Assembly: GCF_006345805.1 (NCBI RefSeq)
Contig: NC_043007.1
Location: 12,958,001 to 13,022,000 of the forward strand
DNA length: 64,000 bases
Origin: Octopus sinensis
Taxonomy: Eukaryota
Direction of reading: 5' to 3'
How positions within the stretch are numbered: position 1 is the stretch's first letter; each line of letters opens with the position of its first letter. The notes beneath the pieces were generated by a model. The model was not told the DNA's origin. It did no database searches and was given only the letters and a program-made list of their open reading frames with translations. A program made the position numbers and the translations under genes. Below are positions 49,033-60,923 of this stretch, piece after piece.

Positions 49033-49843
49033 ATGTATATATATATATATATATGTATGTATGTGTGTGTATATGTTTGTGTGTCTCTGTTTGTCGCACC
49101 AACATTACTTGACAACCGATGCTGGTGTGTTTACATCCCTGTAACTTAGCGGTTCGGCAAAATAGACTGACAGAATAAGTGCTAGGCTTACAAAGAATAA
49201 GTCCTGGGGTAGATTTGCTCAACTAAAGGCGGTGCTCCAGCATGGCAGCAGTCAAATGACTGAAACAAGTAAAAGAGTAAAAGAGTAACAGGAGTTTCTG
49301 TGTGGTAAGAAGGTTGCTTCCCAAACCACATGGTTCCGGGTTCAGTCCCACTGCATGGCACCTTGGTCAAGTGTCTTCTACTATAGCTTTGGGCCAACCA
49401 AAGCTTTGTGAGTGGATTTGGTAGATAGAAACTGAAAGAAGCCTGTCGTTTTCCTCCCATCATCACTTGACAACCGATGCTGGTGTTTTTACGTTCCCGT
49501 AACTTAGCAGTTCGGCAAAAAAACCCTATAGAATAAGTACTAGGCTTACAAAGAATAAGTCCTTAGGTCGATTTGTTCGACTGAAGGCGGTGCTCCAGCA
49601 TGGCCGTAGATAAATTACTGAAACAAGTAAAAGAATAAAGGGATATATAAGCAAAAATGCTATATATATATATATATATGAGTGGGTGGGTGGTAAGTAG
49701 CTTGCTTACCAACCACATGATTCCGGGTTCAGTCCCACTGCGTGGCACCTTGGGCAACTGTCTTCTACTATATCCTCGGGCCGACCAAAGCCTTGTGAGT
49801 GGATTTGGTAGAGGGAAACTGAAAGAATCCCGTCGTATATATG

Positions 49844-49894
<51 letters not shown>

Positions 49895-50098
49895 TTGTGT
49901 GTCTCTGTTTGTCCCCCCAACATCGCTTGACAACCGATGCTGGTGTGTTTACGTCCCCGTAACTTAGCGGTTCGGCAAAAGAGACCGATAAAATAAGTAC
50001 TAGGCTTACAAGCAATAAGTCCCGGGGTCGATTTGCTCGACTAAAGGCGGTGCTCCAGCATGGCCACAGTCAAATGACTAAAACAAGTAAAAGAGTAT
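48800..50098 (+). mobile_element. Three consecutive family A SINEs
   Basis: Heads at about 48800, 49290 and 49680, each with its own gaaacaagtaaaaga tail. Confidence 0.85.
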
Positions 50099-50244
50099 AT
50101 ATATATATTCGGGAATGTGAACTGGGAATAGTGGAATTACGAGCTTTCAGTTATAATTTATTAAAGAATACTCTACGTTACGAGTGGGGTTTCGAAATTT
50201 ATCGCTTCTGTGTGAATCAACAGCAATTTATATATAATGGCTTT

Positions 50245-50381
50245 TTATGACTTTAGAATAACACTCAATAACATTGTTAATATTGTTGAAAGGTGGGCAC
50301 TGCCATGACAATCCTTTGGCTTAGGATAAGCGTCTTCGCCTGAAGGACGCCGAGTGTCACGAGTGTTCTTGCTAGAAGAAT
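50245..50381 (-). CDS. Candidate last exon (...KNTRDTRRPSGEDAYPKPKDCHGSAHLSTILTMLLSVILKS*) with hydrophobic C-terminus
   Basis: Acceptors cacaaatag| (50381) or ttcttctag| (50371); AATAAA at 50162-50157. Confidence 0.3.
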
Positions 50382-51566
50382 CTATTTGTGCAGTAAATTA
50401 TGTTATATTAATAATGATGGCTGCCGACCACCACGTCGTGAATAGAAAGATACAAAGTGAATATTATGAAATCCCTTTATTTGAACAAGTAATGATGGGT
50501 TCATATTATTTATTCTAAAAAAAAAAAAAATGGATAACAATTATTTAAAAAAAATAAGTAAATAAGTTAAGAAATGAAAATGGTCATTAGTCGAACCAAG
50601 GTGGAGAGGTGAATCGTTATTTTCATCCACGATTTCGCTCAAAATGTATAATTGTAACCAAATGAAATGAGACAGAGAGAGAAATAAACGTTTTGTGGGG
50701 GGGAAAAAAATCATTGAAAAATATGTAAATTAGCCAGCCATGTCCAAAACGAAATGTTCAAACGAAGTAAAACATGTAATTTTTTCCCTCTCCCATAGTC
50801 TACTGAATTGAAGAAAATAACTCTACAAATAAAGCGGGGAAATCATTAACAATTATACATCTAAGCATTTATTTTTATACGAAAGAGAAAAAAATAACAA
50901 CAAAGGCTGTTTTGACCCTAAAAAACTGACAATAAATAATCGTCTGCTGAATGAATGACTACCTTAAGAGAAAGCCCAAACAACCACCATTATTATATTT
51001 TACCAGATTTTTTTTTCCGTCAGACGTTCGATAATTGGTGAAGATAAATACACTTGGAAATATATATATAATATATATAAAAAAAATTGGTATAAAAGCA
51101 TTGGAATCGATATCTCATTAGGTAAGTGAATTAATTTATTTCTAAATTTAACATAACACTTCGATTTCCGCTGCCCCCCCCCCTCAATCGACCCCCATCG
51201 TCTTCATCAGTTCATCATTACATGGTGAAAAGGAAACTAAATACAGAAATAAAACCATCGTATTTTTAGGATGAGGGACGGGGTATATTCATTGAACAAA
51301 AATAGATTACAACGAAATGTTTATTTGTTCTGTTCTTTATCGATACGCACGAATATATATATATAGACACATACATGCATACGTATGTGCCTGAAATCAG
51401 TGTATGTGCCTGTAATCTGTGTATGTGTTTATAAAAGTATGTCTACGTATATATGTGTGTACATACATAATCAACATAGCTCTAGTCTATAAATGAATTC
51501 TATTTGCATATATTGGATTTAATAGATTTGTTATATAGATTAATCGTACGAGTCTCTCTCTCTCAC

Positions 51567-51729
51567 GTTGCCATTTCCTATTGTCTGTCTGGTTGGCTGT
51601 CAGATAATGATTTTGGCTGAGTTTGATCTTCTCTGCTAATGATAACTTGTCATATAAGTCTTTCATTCTTCGCCTTAAGTGCAGATATATCGTGGAGGGC
51701 ATCAAATTGTAGACGTAACTCTATCGTTG
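51567..51729 (-). CDS. Candidate exon 2 (frame MPSTIYLHLRRRMKDLYDKLSLAEKIKLSQNHYLTANQTDNRKWQ)
   Basis: Acceptor tttccttcaag| (alternative cgatag| at 51720), donor CAAC|gtgaga; non-repetitive island between microsatellites. Confidence 0.4.
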
Positions 51730-51959
51730 CTTGAAGGAAACACACACACACACACCCGCATACTCACATACGTACGTGCACACACACGATTACTCACATA
51801 CGTACATACATACATAAGCACACAGGTGCAAAACAAGGTGGGAAAATAGTTTTCGAATACCAAAGGTGGAGCAAAAAGTATTTCATTGAAGCTAAAATGA
51901 CTTGTCTTTTTAATTTCCATAACATACATACATGCATGTATATATATATATATATATAG

Positions 51960-51992
<33 letters not shown>

Positions 51993-52409
51993 TATAATTA
52001 TTCGTTAATATTAGGGAGTATAGCTCCAAACTTACAGGGAAAAATTCAATTTAGTATTAAATCAAATTTCACAATATAAATATATAATAAGTAAAATGAC
52101 ATATATTGTTTATTCATTTTTTGTACTTTTGTGATCTAGTTATATGTTTTATAATATATTTTATTTTTTCTTTATTTGGTTTATGTCTGTCATTGTTTGA
52201 ATTACATAATAGTGGTTTTTCTCTAATTTACATATATGAACAAGTTGCAATCTTAATTTGCAGAGTACAGTAATATCTTTAAATACTGGTTGAATATTCT
52301 TCTATTGTAATACAACCATTACTTTCATAATAACGTGGCTATTGAGAGGCAACTTGTGGAAAGGTCCATTATGTCACTCATGTGAGTGAATGTGTGTGTG
52401 TAAATTTAC

Positions 52410-52882
52410 GAACGGAAAGACTTCTCTCCAGTGTGGTATGGCTTCGGCGATTGGACGCCATTGAGACCCGTCTTTGCCAAATTCTGGGCATCACAACAGT
52501 TTGATGTCCATGTGCAACTTTGTTTCTTCATAGCTTTTTAGATAATATATATTTTTAAATGAAATTGTAGACTACGATTATATTAATGACCATTGAGTTT
52601 TTGGCGATCTTTCGTTTGTAGTAGCACGTTTCCGTCGATGATTTCCGTAAAAAACTTTTATTTTTTTACATATGGGCTTGCGGGAACATTTGAAGTAATG
52701 AGAGCGAAAGAGACTAAGAGGAAGCGATTTTATGACGAGGGAATTTGTTTTGAAGTTACCGAAGCATTGATGTACATGTGTGTGTGTTTGATGGGGTGTG
52801 GGAGACAGACAGTATGTTGTGTAAGTGAAGTTAGTGTGTGTGAAGAGACAGAGAGAGTAATGTGTGAAAGAGAGAGATAACT
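52410..52882 (-). other. Candidate first exon (5' UTR with upstream ATGs)
   Basis: Donor TTC|gtaaat at 52409; CpG-retaining unique sequence; pyrimidine-rich leader. Confidence 0.35.
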
Positions 52883-52900
52883 GAAATTTTTTACTCGGTG
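52860..52900 (-). promoter_or_regulatory. Putative initiator (TCAGTT) and transcription start region
   Basis: Minus strand aaaaatttcagttatctctctc matches the invertebrate Inr consensus TCAGTY; a short motif, so weak alone. Confidence 0.3.
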
Positions 52901-53384
52901 TATGTGTATATGTATGTATGCATGTATGTGTGTGTGCACACACACACATGCACGACATTATCTTGAGTGACATTATGAGTATGAAATTGAGAGATACGAT
53001 AAAAATTGCAAAAAGAAAAAATATACTCTGAGTTTACGACAGATAGTATTTATTCTTTCACTGAATGTGTTCTAAATACTGAATACGTTTTTTAAAGTTA
53101 AAAACATATCGACATGATCATAATACCTTCGAGAATCGATGCATTTTCAACTAAGTTCTGAAGAAACGTTGGCGAAGGACACTAAACAGTGGATGCCACT
53201 CTCTAAGCCTTGCTACCCTCATAAAGGTTATTATCCCCTTCATCTGTTCTATGCCTGATGTTCTATCGCTTTCTAAGGTCTTGCCCCATCTTAATGCTAT
53301 CTTTAATATCCTTGTCCTGATCCATCATTAGTTCATGATGGTTCAGTCGCTGATGTTTCATTTTAAGGAACACAGATTCCTTTC

Positions 53385-53870
53385 TACTCTAGGCACAAGG
53401 TCCGAAAATTTGGGGGAGGGTGCCAGTCGATTAGATTGATCCCAGTGTGCAACTGGTACTTATTTAATCGACCCCGAAAGGAGGAAAGGCAAAGATGGCC
53501 TTAGCGGAATTTGAATTCAGAGCGTAAAGACAGACGAAATACCGGTACCCATACCTATTTCTTTACTACCCACAAGGGGCTAAATACAAAGAGGACAAAC
53601 AAGGACAGACGAACGGATTAAGTCGATTATTTCGACCCCAATGCGTAACTGGTACTTATTTAATCGACCCCGGCGGAATTTGAACTCAGAACGTAGCGGC
53701 AGAAGAAATACTTATTTCTTTACTACCCACAAGGGGCTAAACATAGAGGGGACAAATAAGGACAGATATAGGTATTAAGTCGATTACATCGACCCCAGTG
53801 CGTAACTGGTACTTAATTTATCGACCCCGAAAGGATGAAAGGTAAAGTCGACCTCGGCGGAATTTAAACT
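53385..53870 (-). mobile_element. Family B SINE multimer (about three units)
   Basis: Repeated tttctttactacccacaaggggctaa units. Confidence 0.85.
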
Positions 53871-53948
53871 GACAACGTAACGGCAGACGAAATACCACTA
53901 AGCATTATTGTAACTAACTGCGCAGCGCAAACTCCTCAATACATAGAG

Positions 53949-54096
53949 CAGTGGTTCCTAACCATTTTCTTTTTTTTATCTACGAAACCCGTTGATTTCC
54001 GTTTTAAATATTTTGCGCACTGTAGAAGTATCACCGATCTATTGCACACATATTTTAACCACAAAATCTTACATGGACCCCGGTTAAGAACCACTG
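53949..54096. mobile_element. hAT (Charlie-like) MITE
   Basis: TIRs CAGTGGTTCC / GAACCACTG; 8-bp TSD acatagag/acagagag. Confidence 0.8.
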
Positions 54097-54403
54097 ACAG
54101 AGAGCGTACATGAGAACTGAAGTTTCTCTTCGTCGTTACTTCTCGACATTGGCGAAATCCGAGTTGCAGAAAAAATGACGCAACGTATGTCGTATGCTTT
54201 ATTCATATGTTGAGATCCAATGATTCACTCTGTCTCTGCTTAGAGATTATCGTTGTTTGAGTTCCATACATGCAATTACAAAAAGAAAAAGAATCTTTTT
54301 TGACATGGTTTAATCGTCCGCGTAATGTATTGCACGTAGCGAAAAATCTCTCAAGACACACACTTGTTTAATGTGCGTGCGCGCGCGCGGTCATGTATAT
54401 ATA

Positions 54404-54789
54404 TCTTTATATATAAAAGTCAAGTTGTGTGTCTGTCTCCTACGATTTAGATTCCTAACTACTCCCACATTTTGCGGTGCAGTTTAACCAAAACCGGGTA
54501 TCTTATAGTCGTGATTCATATCGAGCCCTTCTGGGTATTAGCGCGCGTCTACGATGAGTCTACGATTTAAAAAGAAATTTACCATAATTTTTTTCCATTT
54601 TAATGCATTTTTTCGCTATTATATAAGGGAAGTAACTCTCTAAAAATGTCTACGATGAGTCAACGATTAAAAAAAAATTTACCATAATTTGTTTTCCATT
54701 TTTAATGCATTTTTTGGCTACAACTCTCTAAAAATGCTTGTATAGTTATTTTCCTTACAAACCCGAGCAACGCCGGGCGATACTGCTAG
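54404..54789 (+). mobile_element. Non-autonomous Helitron A
   Basis: A|TCTTTATATATAAAA start; cccgagcaacgccggg hairpin; CTAG|T; same family as 44351-44728. Confidence 0.85.
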
Positions 54790-54904
54790 TATATATATAT
54801 ATTTCGTTTCTGTTTCTCTCCCTCCTCCCTATTTATTCATACACACACAATGTGTGTACATATATATACACACACACATACGTATATATACATACATCTA
54901 TACA

Positions 54905-55070
54905 TAGGCGCAGACGTGGCTGTGTTGTAAGAAGCTTGCTTTTCTCAACCACATGGTTCCGGGTTCAGTCCCACTGTGTGGCACCTTGGGGAAGTGTCTT
55001 CTACTATAGACTCGGGCCGACCAAAGCCTTGTGAGTGGATTTGGTAGACGGAAACTGAATGAAGCCTGTC

Positions 55071-55107
<37 letters not shown>

Positions 55108-55320
55108 ATATATGCGTGTGTGTGTATTTGTCCCCACCCTACCATCGCTTGCCAAACGATGTTAGTGTTTACATCCCCGTAACTTAGCGGTTCGGCAAAA
55201 GGAACCGATAGAATATAAGCTTAGAAAGAATAAGTTCCGCGGTCGATTTGTTCGACTAGAGGCGGTGCTCCAGCATGGCCGCAGTCAAATGACTGAAACA
55301 AGTAAAAAAAAAAAATTACA
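54905..55320 (+). mobile_element. Family A SINE
   Basis: Full copy. Confidence 0.85.
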
Positions 55321-55396
55321 GTTTCAATCTAAAATTGTATATATTTTTTAAACTTTACACTAAAACATATTGTATATATGTATGTGTGGAAGGTCT

Positions 55397-55769
55397 CCGT
55401 CGGTTACGACGATGAGGGTTCCGGTTGATCCGATCAACGGAACAGCCTGCTCGTGAAATTAACGTGTAAGTGGCTGAGCACTCCACAGACACGTGTACCC
55501 TTAACGTAGTTCTCGGGGATATTCAGCGTGACACAGAGAGTGACAAGGCCGGCCCCTTGAAATACAGGTACAACAGAAACAGGAAGTAAGAGTGAGAGAA
55601 AGTTGTGGTGAAAGAGTACAGCAGGGATCACCACCGCCCCCTGCCAGAGCCTCGTGGAGCTTTAGGTGTTTTCGCTCAATAAACACTCACAACGCCCGGT
55701 CTGGGAATCGAAACCACGATCCTACGACCGCGAGTCCGCTGCCCTAACCACTGGGCCATTGCGCCTCCA
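55397..55769 (-). mobile_element. tRNA-Arg-like SINE, well preserved
   Basis: Reverse complement tggaggcgcaatggcccagtggttagggcagcggactcgcggtcgtaggatcgtggtttcgattccc; tail ccgttgatcggatcaaccggaaccc. Confidence 0.85.
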
Positions 55770-56263
55770 TATGTATGTATGTATGCATGCGTATAGCGTG
55801 CGTTGACTCATATGTTTGAACCAAGAGTGTAATGCGAGTAAGCTAGCAGCATACATTACTAAGTTTTATGTCTCAATCAATTCCTGTCTCATATTTCTGA
55901 GAGGACCTTTTCAAAACAATGTGCAGACAATGGTTATTGTGATACGAAAAATGTGAGCCTCGACTAATTTGATATATGTGAGCGTGCGCGCGTGTGTACG
56001 AGAGAGAGGGGGAGAGCATATGAGTGTATGAGAGGGTGGAGTGAAAGAGGGAGGAAGAAAAAGAGAGGGTTTGTAGCTTGTCTCTTTCTATCACGTCATT
56101 GTGGTTAATACAATAACGAGAGCGCCTATCATGTGGTCGTCCGATACCACCTAGAAATAGCAGCCAAAATATACACCACCAATGATAGTCAAATCTCTAG
56201 TGCTCCCACCATCACCAAATTCTACCCTACCACCTCTGAAAAAAAAAAGGATATATTGAATAA

Positions 56264-56652
56264 CTGGCAGTATCGCCCGGCGTTGCTCGGGTTTGTTTCG
56301 ACCCATTAGAATTGGAATTTTTGAAAAGTAAAAATTTTGCATTATGTAGCTTGTTATTATTCTGTGAAGGTTTTTCTGATTGAAATACACCGAAAAATGG
56401 TGACACAGCAGTCAAAAAATCGTAAAAAATAGGGATTTTCATAGAAAAAAAAGTACCTTTTTGATGTAAATAATTTTTGGTGTTAACATGGTCCGATTTG
56501 AAATTTTTTCTTCTACGGAAGGAAGAGCAAGCCTTCTATCATACTCTCAACTGTGGTTAACTTGCGCCCGCAGGGTTTCGGAGGAGATAGTGTTAATTAA
56601 AGACTACCAATCCTGCTGTACACAGACAACTTCAGCTTTATATATATAGCGA
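56264..56652 (-). mobile_element. Non-autonomous Helitron: ends shared with family A Helitron, different interior
   Basis: Same cccgagcaacgccgggcgatac hairpin ending CCAG|T; 5' tatatataaagctgaagttgtctgtg. Confidence 0.75.
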
Positions 56653-57329
56653 TATATTCCAAGATTCTCGAAAGAAAAGTAAGAAAAGAAGACGGGATGA
56701 TCGTAGCTGGAATAGCTTTCGTAAGTTTTCCCGATCGCTATTGCCCCAGTTAATTCTCACTCAGATCCTGCCGCCTCAAAAAGGGAGAACACTTTACATA
56801 ATGTAGCCCTAGATGTTTTAAAAGATGTGATGGTCACGGCTTGAAGGGTTTGGTGGCGAGTCATAGGGCTACTGAATCGGACTAGCCTGGAACTAAACAA
56901 CGAAGTTGTCCATCATTGTCTATTCACTGAATTGGCGTCGAAGTGGCCAGGTTTCCACACAGACTTGTGGACCCTTAACGTAACTGTTAGGCGGAATCAG
57001 AGTGAGACAGTGTACCAAGGCTGTACATTGAATTTGGGGGATACAGTTTCATCTGAAGTGAAAGGCTTTTATACTCTTCATCTACCTAATTTATTTCAGA
57101 AGGGATGAGTCTCGAGGCTGTGGTAGATGATATTTGCCAAAGTGTCTCAGACTGTATTCTTTTGAACACGAACCTCACGATTACAAAGCGACCACAGTAA
57201 CCATTCGGCCATGCAAACGGCTGTACACACATTTATATAAGCTGTACTCTTTCTCCACAACTTTCTCTCACTCTTTCTTCCTTGTCACACTCTGTGTCAC
57301 GCTGAATCTCTCCGAGAATTACGTTAAGG

Positions 57330-57741
57330 GGATCTTTTCGGTTTGAACGGCAGTTTTATATAGCGATAGGAAATTGTCACCCATAATTATGACCTTAGTA
57401 TCGATCTATTGCATTTCAATCTGTTTTAGGTTTAGGGTTTAGGGGTGGTGGGAAGGGTATCTTTCTTTCTTCTCAAATGTAAATAAACCCAATCTGTTTC
57501 TTAAACGCGGGACATATTCATACGGCACAGAATGTTATTTACCTCAATAGACGTCAGTGATTGGTTGAAATTGCAGAAATTGAAGAAAAAAACAACAAAT
57601 ATCTTATAAACTATAGAATTTTCTCAATAAAGCCAAGAGAAAAAGATGTTTTATAAACACATTCTACCAGTATACGAAGTTTAAAATTTTTTAGTTACCT
57701 AGAAATTATGTTAAATACAGCCGTTCAAACCGAAAAGATCC
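57330..57741 (+). mobile_element. MITE with GGATCTTTTCGGTTTGAACGGC TIRs, inserted in a SINE tail
   Basis: Exact 8-bp TSD cgttaagg (57322-57329 and 57742-57749); superfamily uncertain. Confidence 0.9.
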
Positions 57742-58593
57742 CGTTAAGGGTACACGTGTCTGTGGAGTGTTCAGCCACTTGCACGTTAATTTCACGAGCG
57801 GGCTGTTCCGTTGATCGGATCAACTGGAACCCTCGTCGTCGCAACCGACGGAATGCCACGAGTAAGAAAAGTAGTAACTCGTATTTCCAGGGGAGAGAAA
57901 CACGTCGTTTTGACGTTCGTGATTTATTCAGGGCCACGAGTAGTGTAGCTTCTAGTTCAGCATCGAAGGTGAGTGGCGAAGTGCGTATACGCTATCCCCA
58001 CCGCCCCATACTCGATGAAATCGAGTAACTCATAGAGACACCGGTAACTAGGTCAGAATTCCAGAAATCTGAAAACCCAAAGTATGACATATCATCAACT
58101 CCCGTTTGAAATCGGTTCCTCTTCCCAAAAACAGACATCAAAGAGACGAAACTATTAGGAATTAAAGAGTCACGTGGTAAGGTGTTAGATTACTGAAAAA
58201 TGACAGAAACGACTTAAACAGGATCCTGTCCTGTTGGGGTTGGGTCGGGAAGGGGCACCACTGCAAAATTAATTCTTCCTGTAGAGTATCTGGGGCAGCG
58301 ATTCTCAACAGCTGGTCTGCCATTAGGGTTGGGTTTTCCAGGTGTCCGCGTTCAGAGTCTTTGGGAAGACACAAAGTTGTTTGTTCTTTAACGTACGATT
58401 ATCACTAATTTGTACCAATATGACCTAGTTTCGCTTAAGTGACTGCTTCACTTTGGGAAAGGCTCGACTCGTTAATGACACTTTTCACTTCGCCATGCCG
58501 GTGGCCACGTAAAAACTGCTTACACATCACTTTTGATTTTTGTATTTTCGTTTTATATTCAACAACAACGTCTAAGATTTAAAAAAAACACAA

Positions 58594-59008
58594 GGATCTT
58601 TTTGGTTTGAACGGCAGTTTTTAACATAATTTCTAGGTAACTAAAAAATTTTAAACTTCGTATACTGGTAGAATGTGTTTATAAAACATCTTTTTCCCTA
58701 GGCTTTATTGAGAAAATTCTATGGTTTGTAAGATATTTGTTGTCGTTTTTTTCTTCAATTTCTGCAATTTCAACCAATCAATTACGTCTATTGAGGTAAA
58801 AAAACATTCTGTGTCGTATAAATATGTCCCTCGTTTAAGAAACAGATTGAGTTTATTTACATTTGTGAAGAAAAAAAGATACCCTTCCCCCCACACCTAA
58901 CCCTAAAACAGATTGAAATGCAATAGATCGATACTAGGGTCATAATTATCGGTGACAATTTCATATGACACCGCTAGAAAAAAACTGCCGTTCAAACCGA
59001 AAAGATCC
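58594..59008 (-). mobile_element. Second, inverted copy of the same MITE
   Basis: Same TIRs, interior is the reverse complement of 57330-57741; no clean TSD. Confidence 0.9.
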
Positions 59009-59215
59009 AACAAACCTTTCTGAGCACTTTTTGGAAATTTTCTGTTCTATTATTGCGTTGAATGTGTGTGTGTGTGTGTGTCTTTGTCTCTCTACTACCA
59101 CTAGTTGACGACAAGTGTTTGTTTGTTTACGTCCCAAAAAGAGCCGACAGGCTATCAAAGATTTTTATTATTATTTTAGGTATTTTAGTACTAGGGCTGA
59201 TTTGTTCGGCTAAAC

Positions 59216-59445
59216 CAGAGGTTCTCAAATATTTCTTGCCTATGGACCCCTTTGATTCCTATTCTACTCATAACCATTAAAAAATTCTACATTATTTTCA
59301 TAATTAAATATTAAGAATTGTATTAAAGAATTGTGAAAATACTTTGTCTATTGTAGAAGTATATCCAATTTATTGTACATAGACCTTAACAGCAATATCT
59401 TATATGGACCTTCAAGGGTCAAATGACCCCCGCTGAGAACCACTG
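59216..59445. mobile_element. hAT (Charlie-like) MITE inserted in a family A tail
   Basis: TIRs CAGAGGTTCTCA / TGAGAACCACTG; TSD ggctaaac/gactaaac. Confidence 0.85.
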
Positions 59446-59515
59446 GACTAAACCCTTCAAGTCTGTGCCCCAGCATGGCCACAGTCCAATGACTGAAACA
59501 GGTAAAAGATAAAAA

Positions 59516-59680
59516 GGTGCCACTTTAGCGTGCGGACTACCAGGCCATTTACACTTTAGCGTATAGTCTGACCCTATCCCTAATCTTAAATCCAAACCCA
59601 ATCCTAACCTTAAACCCTAATCCAGATCGGGTCGTTTCACAGCATAGACCACCGATGTTGCGGTACGCTAAAGAAGCACC
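59516..59680. mobile_element. Small TIR element with degenerate telomere-like (CCCTAA)n core
   Basis: Ends ggtgccactttagcgt and reverse complement ggtgcttctttagcgt; ccctaa variants at 59572-59620; no TSD seen. Confidence 0.55.
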
Positions 59681-59769
59681 GATGGAAGATTTTTTTCTTT
59701 AAACTTCACTAATATTGATTTCCAACAGATCGTCTTTATGTTGCATACATGTTCATTGTAAACATGTTA

Positions 59770-60070
59770 GTTTGTTCCTTCTCAAGCCATGCCTGGCTCA
59801 TAAGGGCCGGTTCCCCGGTTTCCTTGGCGCATAGGTTCCCCACCTGGACGGGACACCGGTCCGTCGCAGGTGAACTGCATGATGCAGGAGGAAAGAGTGA
59901 GAGAAAGTTGTGGCGAAAGAGTCAGCAGACGTTCGCCATTACCTTCTGCCGGAGCCGCGTGGAGCTTAGGTGTTACACTCATAAACACACACATCGCCCG
60001 GTCTGAGATTCGAACCCGCGATCCCTCGACCGCGGGTCCTCTGTACTAACCACTAGGCCATGTGCCTCCG
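59770..60070 (-). mobile_element. Family D SINE
   Basis: Reverse complement of the 6417-6712 type. Confidence 0.85.
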
Positions 60071-60187
60071 CCATTGTAAATATAGCGACCGATTATTTAA
60101 AACTAATATAATATCCGTCGGAAACGACAGGTTTCATCTGAATATGGAATGAATTATGCAAATTTTAGAGATATACACAGGAATATA

Positions 60188-60422
60188 TATTTCTTTACTA
60201 CCCACAAGGGGCTAAACACAGATGAGACAAACAAGGACAGACAAACCGATTAAGTCGATTATATATCGACCGCAGTGCGTGACTGGTACTTAATTTATCG
60301 ACCTCGAAAGGATGAAAGGCAAAGTCGACCTCGGCGGAATTTGAACTCAGAACGTAACGGCAGACGAAATACTGCTAAGCGCTTCGCCCGGCGTGTTAAC
60401 GTTTCTGCCAACTCGCCGCCTT
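60188..60422 (-). mobile_element. Family B SINE monomer
   Basis: Complete head, core and tail. Confidence 0.85.
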
Positions 60423-60721
60423 GATATACACAGAAATATAGTGTTCTTCGTCATATGGCCGCGGTTTTTTAACATTAAGTATATTACTGTATCTTTCTGA
60501 ATAATCTGTCGGCATACATCCTGTTTCTGTCTCTTACTCGCGCGCGCGCGCACACACACACACACAGAGTTTATTCCTAAGTCGTCTGTAACCATATATC
60601 CTTACTCTTTTTCACTATGTTTTCTTAATTTCGTTTACCCTTCTCTCTTACTGTATCTTCTTCAATAGTCAGTAACTAATATTTCCTCTCTCTGTCTCTC
60701 TACTTCGCTTTACTGTATGTA

Positions 60722-60923
60722 CAAGGTGCGGCAGATAAATCTCCCTTTTTTTTTTTACACGGCAATGGCTGCAAAGCTAGTGAAATCAGACAGGTGATAA
60801 TGGTATCCTCATGTAGCTAACGTTTTATCATTTGTTTTTTTCTCTCTTTTTCTTTCAGTGATAATCATGGTTTGGACAGATGTACGCTACACATTTGCTG
60901 TTGAAGCGTTTGTCAAGCTATAA
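60722..60923 (+). pseudogene. 5' end of a Tc1/mariner-type element with transposase N-terminus relic
   Basis: TA|CAAGGTGCGGCA start; MVWTDVRYTFAVEAFVKL* resembles MxWTxxHRAFAVEAF N-termini (DUF4817-type HTH). Confidence 0.55.

Noticed and set aside
49563-50015. Recurrent similar ORFs across the window as a multigene family
   Set aside because: All map to the family A SINE consensus, with random stops and frameshifts between copies
52410-52531. C2H2 zinc-finger gene suggested by PYHTGEKSF
   Set aside because: No C-x2-C...H-x3-H spacing around it, and the frame closes in exon 2 with either acceptor
55700-55769. Functional tRNA-Arg gene (also 6417, 26760, 60000)
   Set aside because: tRNA similarity continues into a shared SINE body and tail with no tRNA 3' acceptor strand or terminator
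59572-59620. Telomere or chromosome-fusion scar
   Set aside because: Only about 8 degenerate units, enclosed by TIR-like ends
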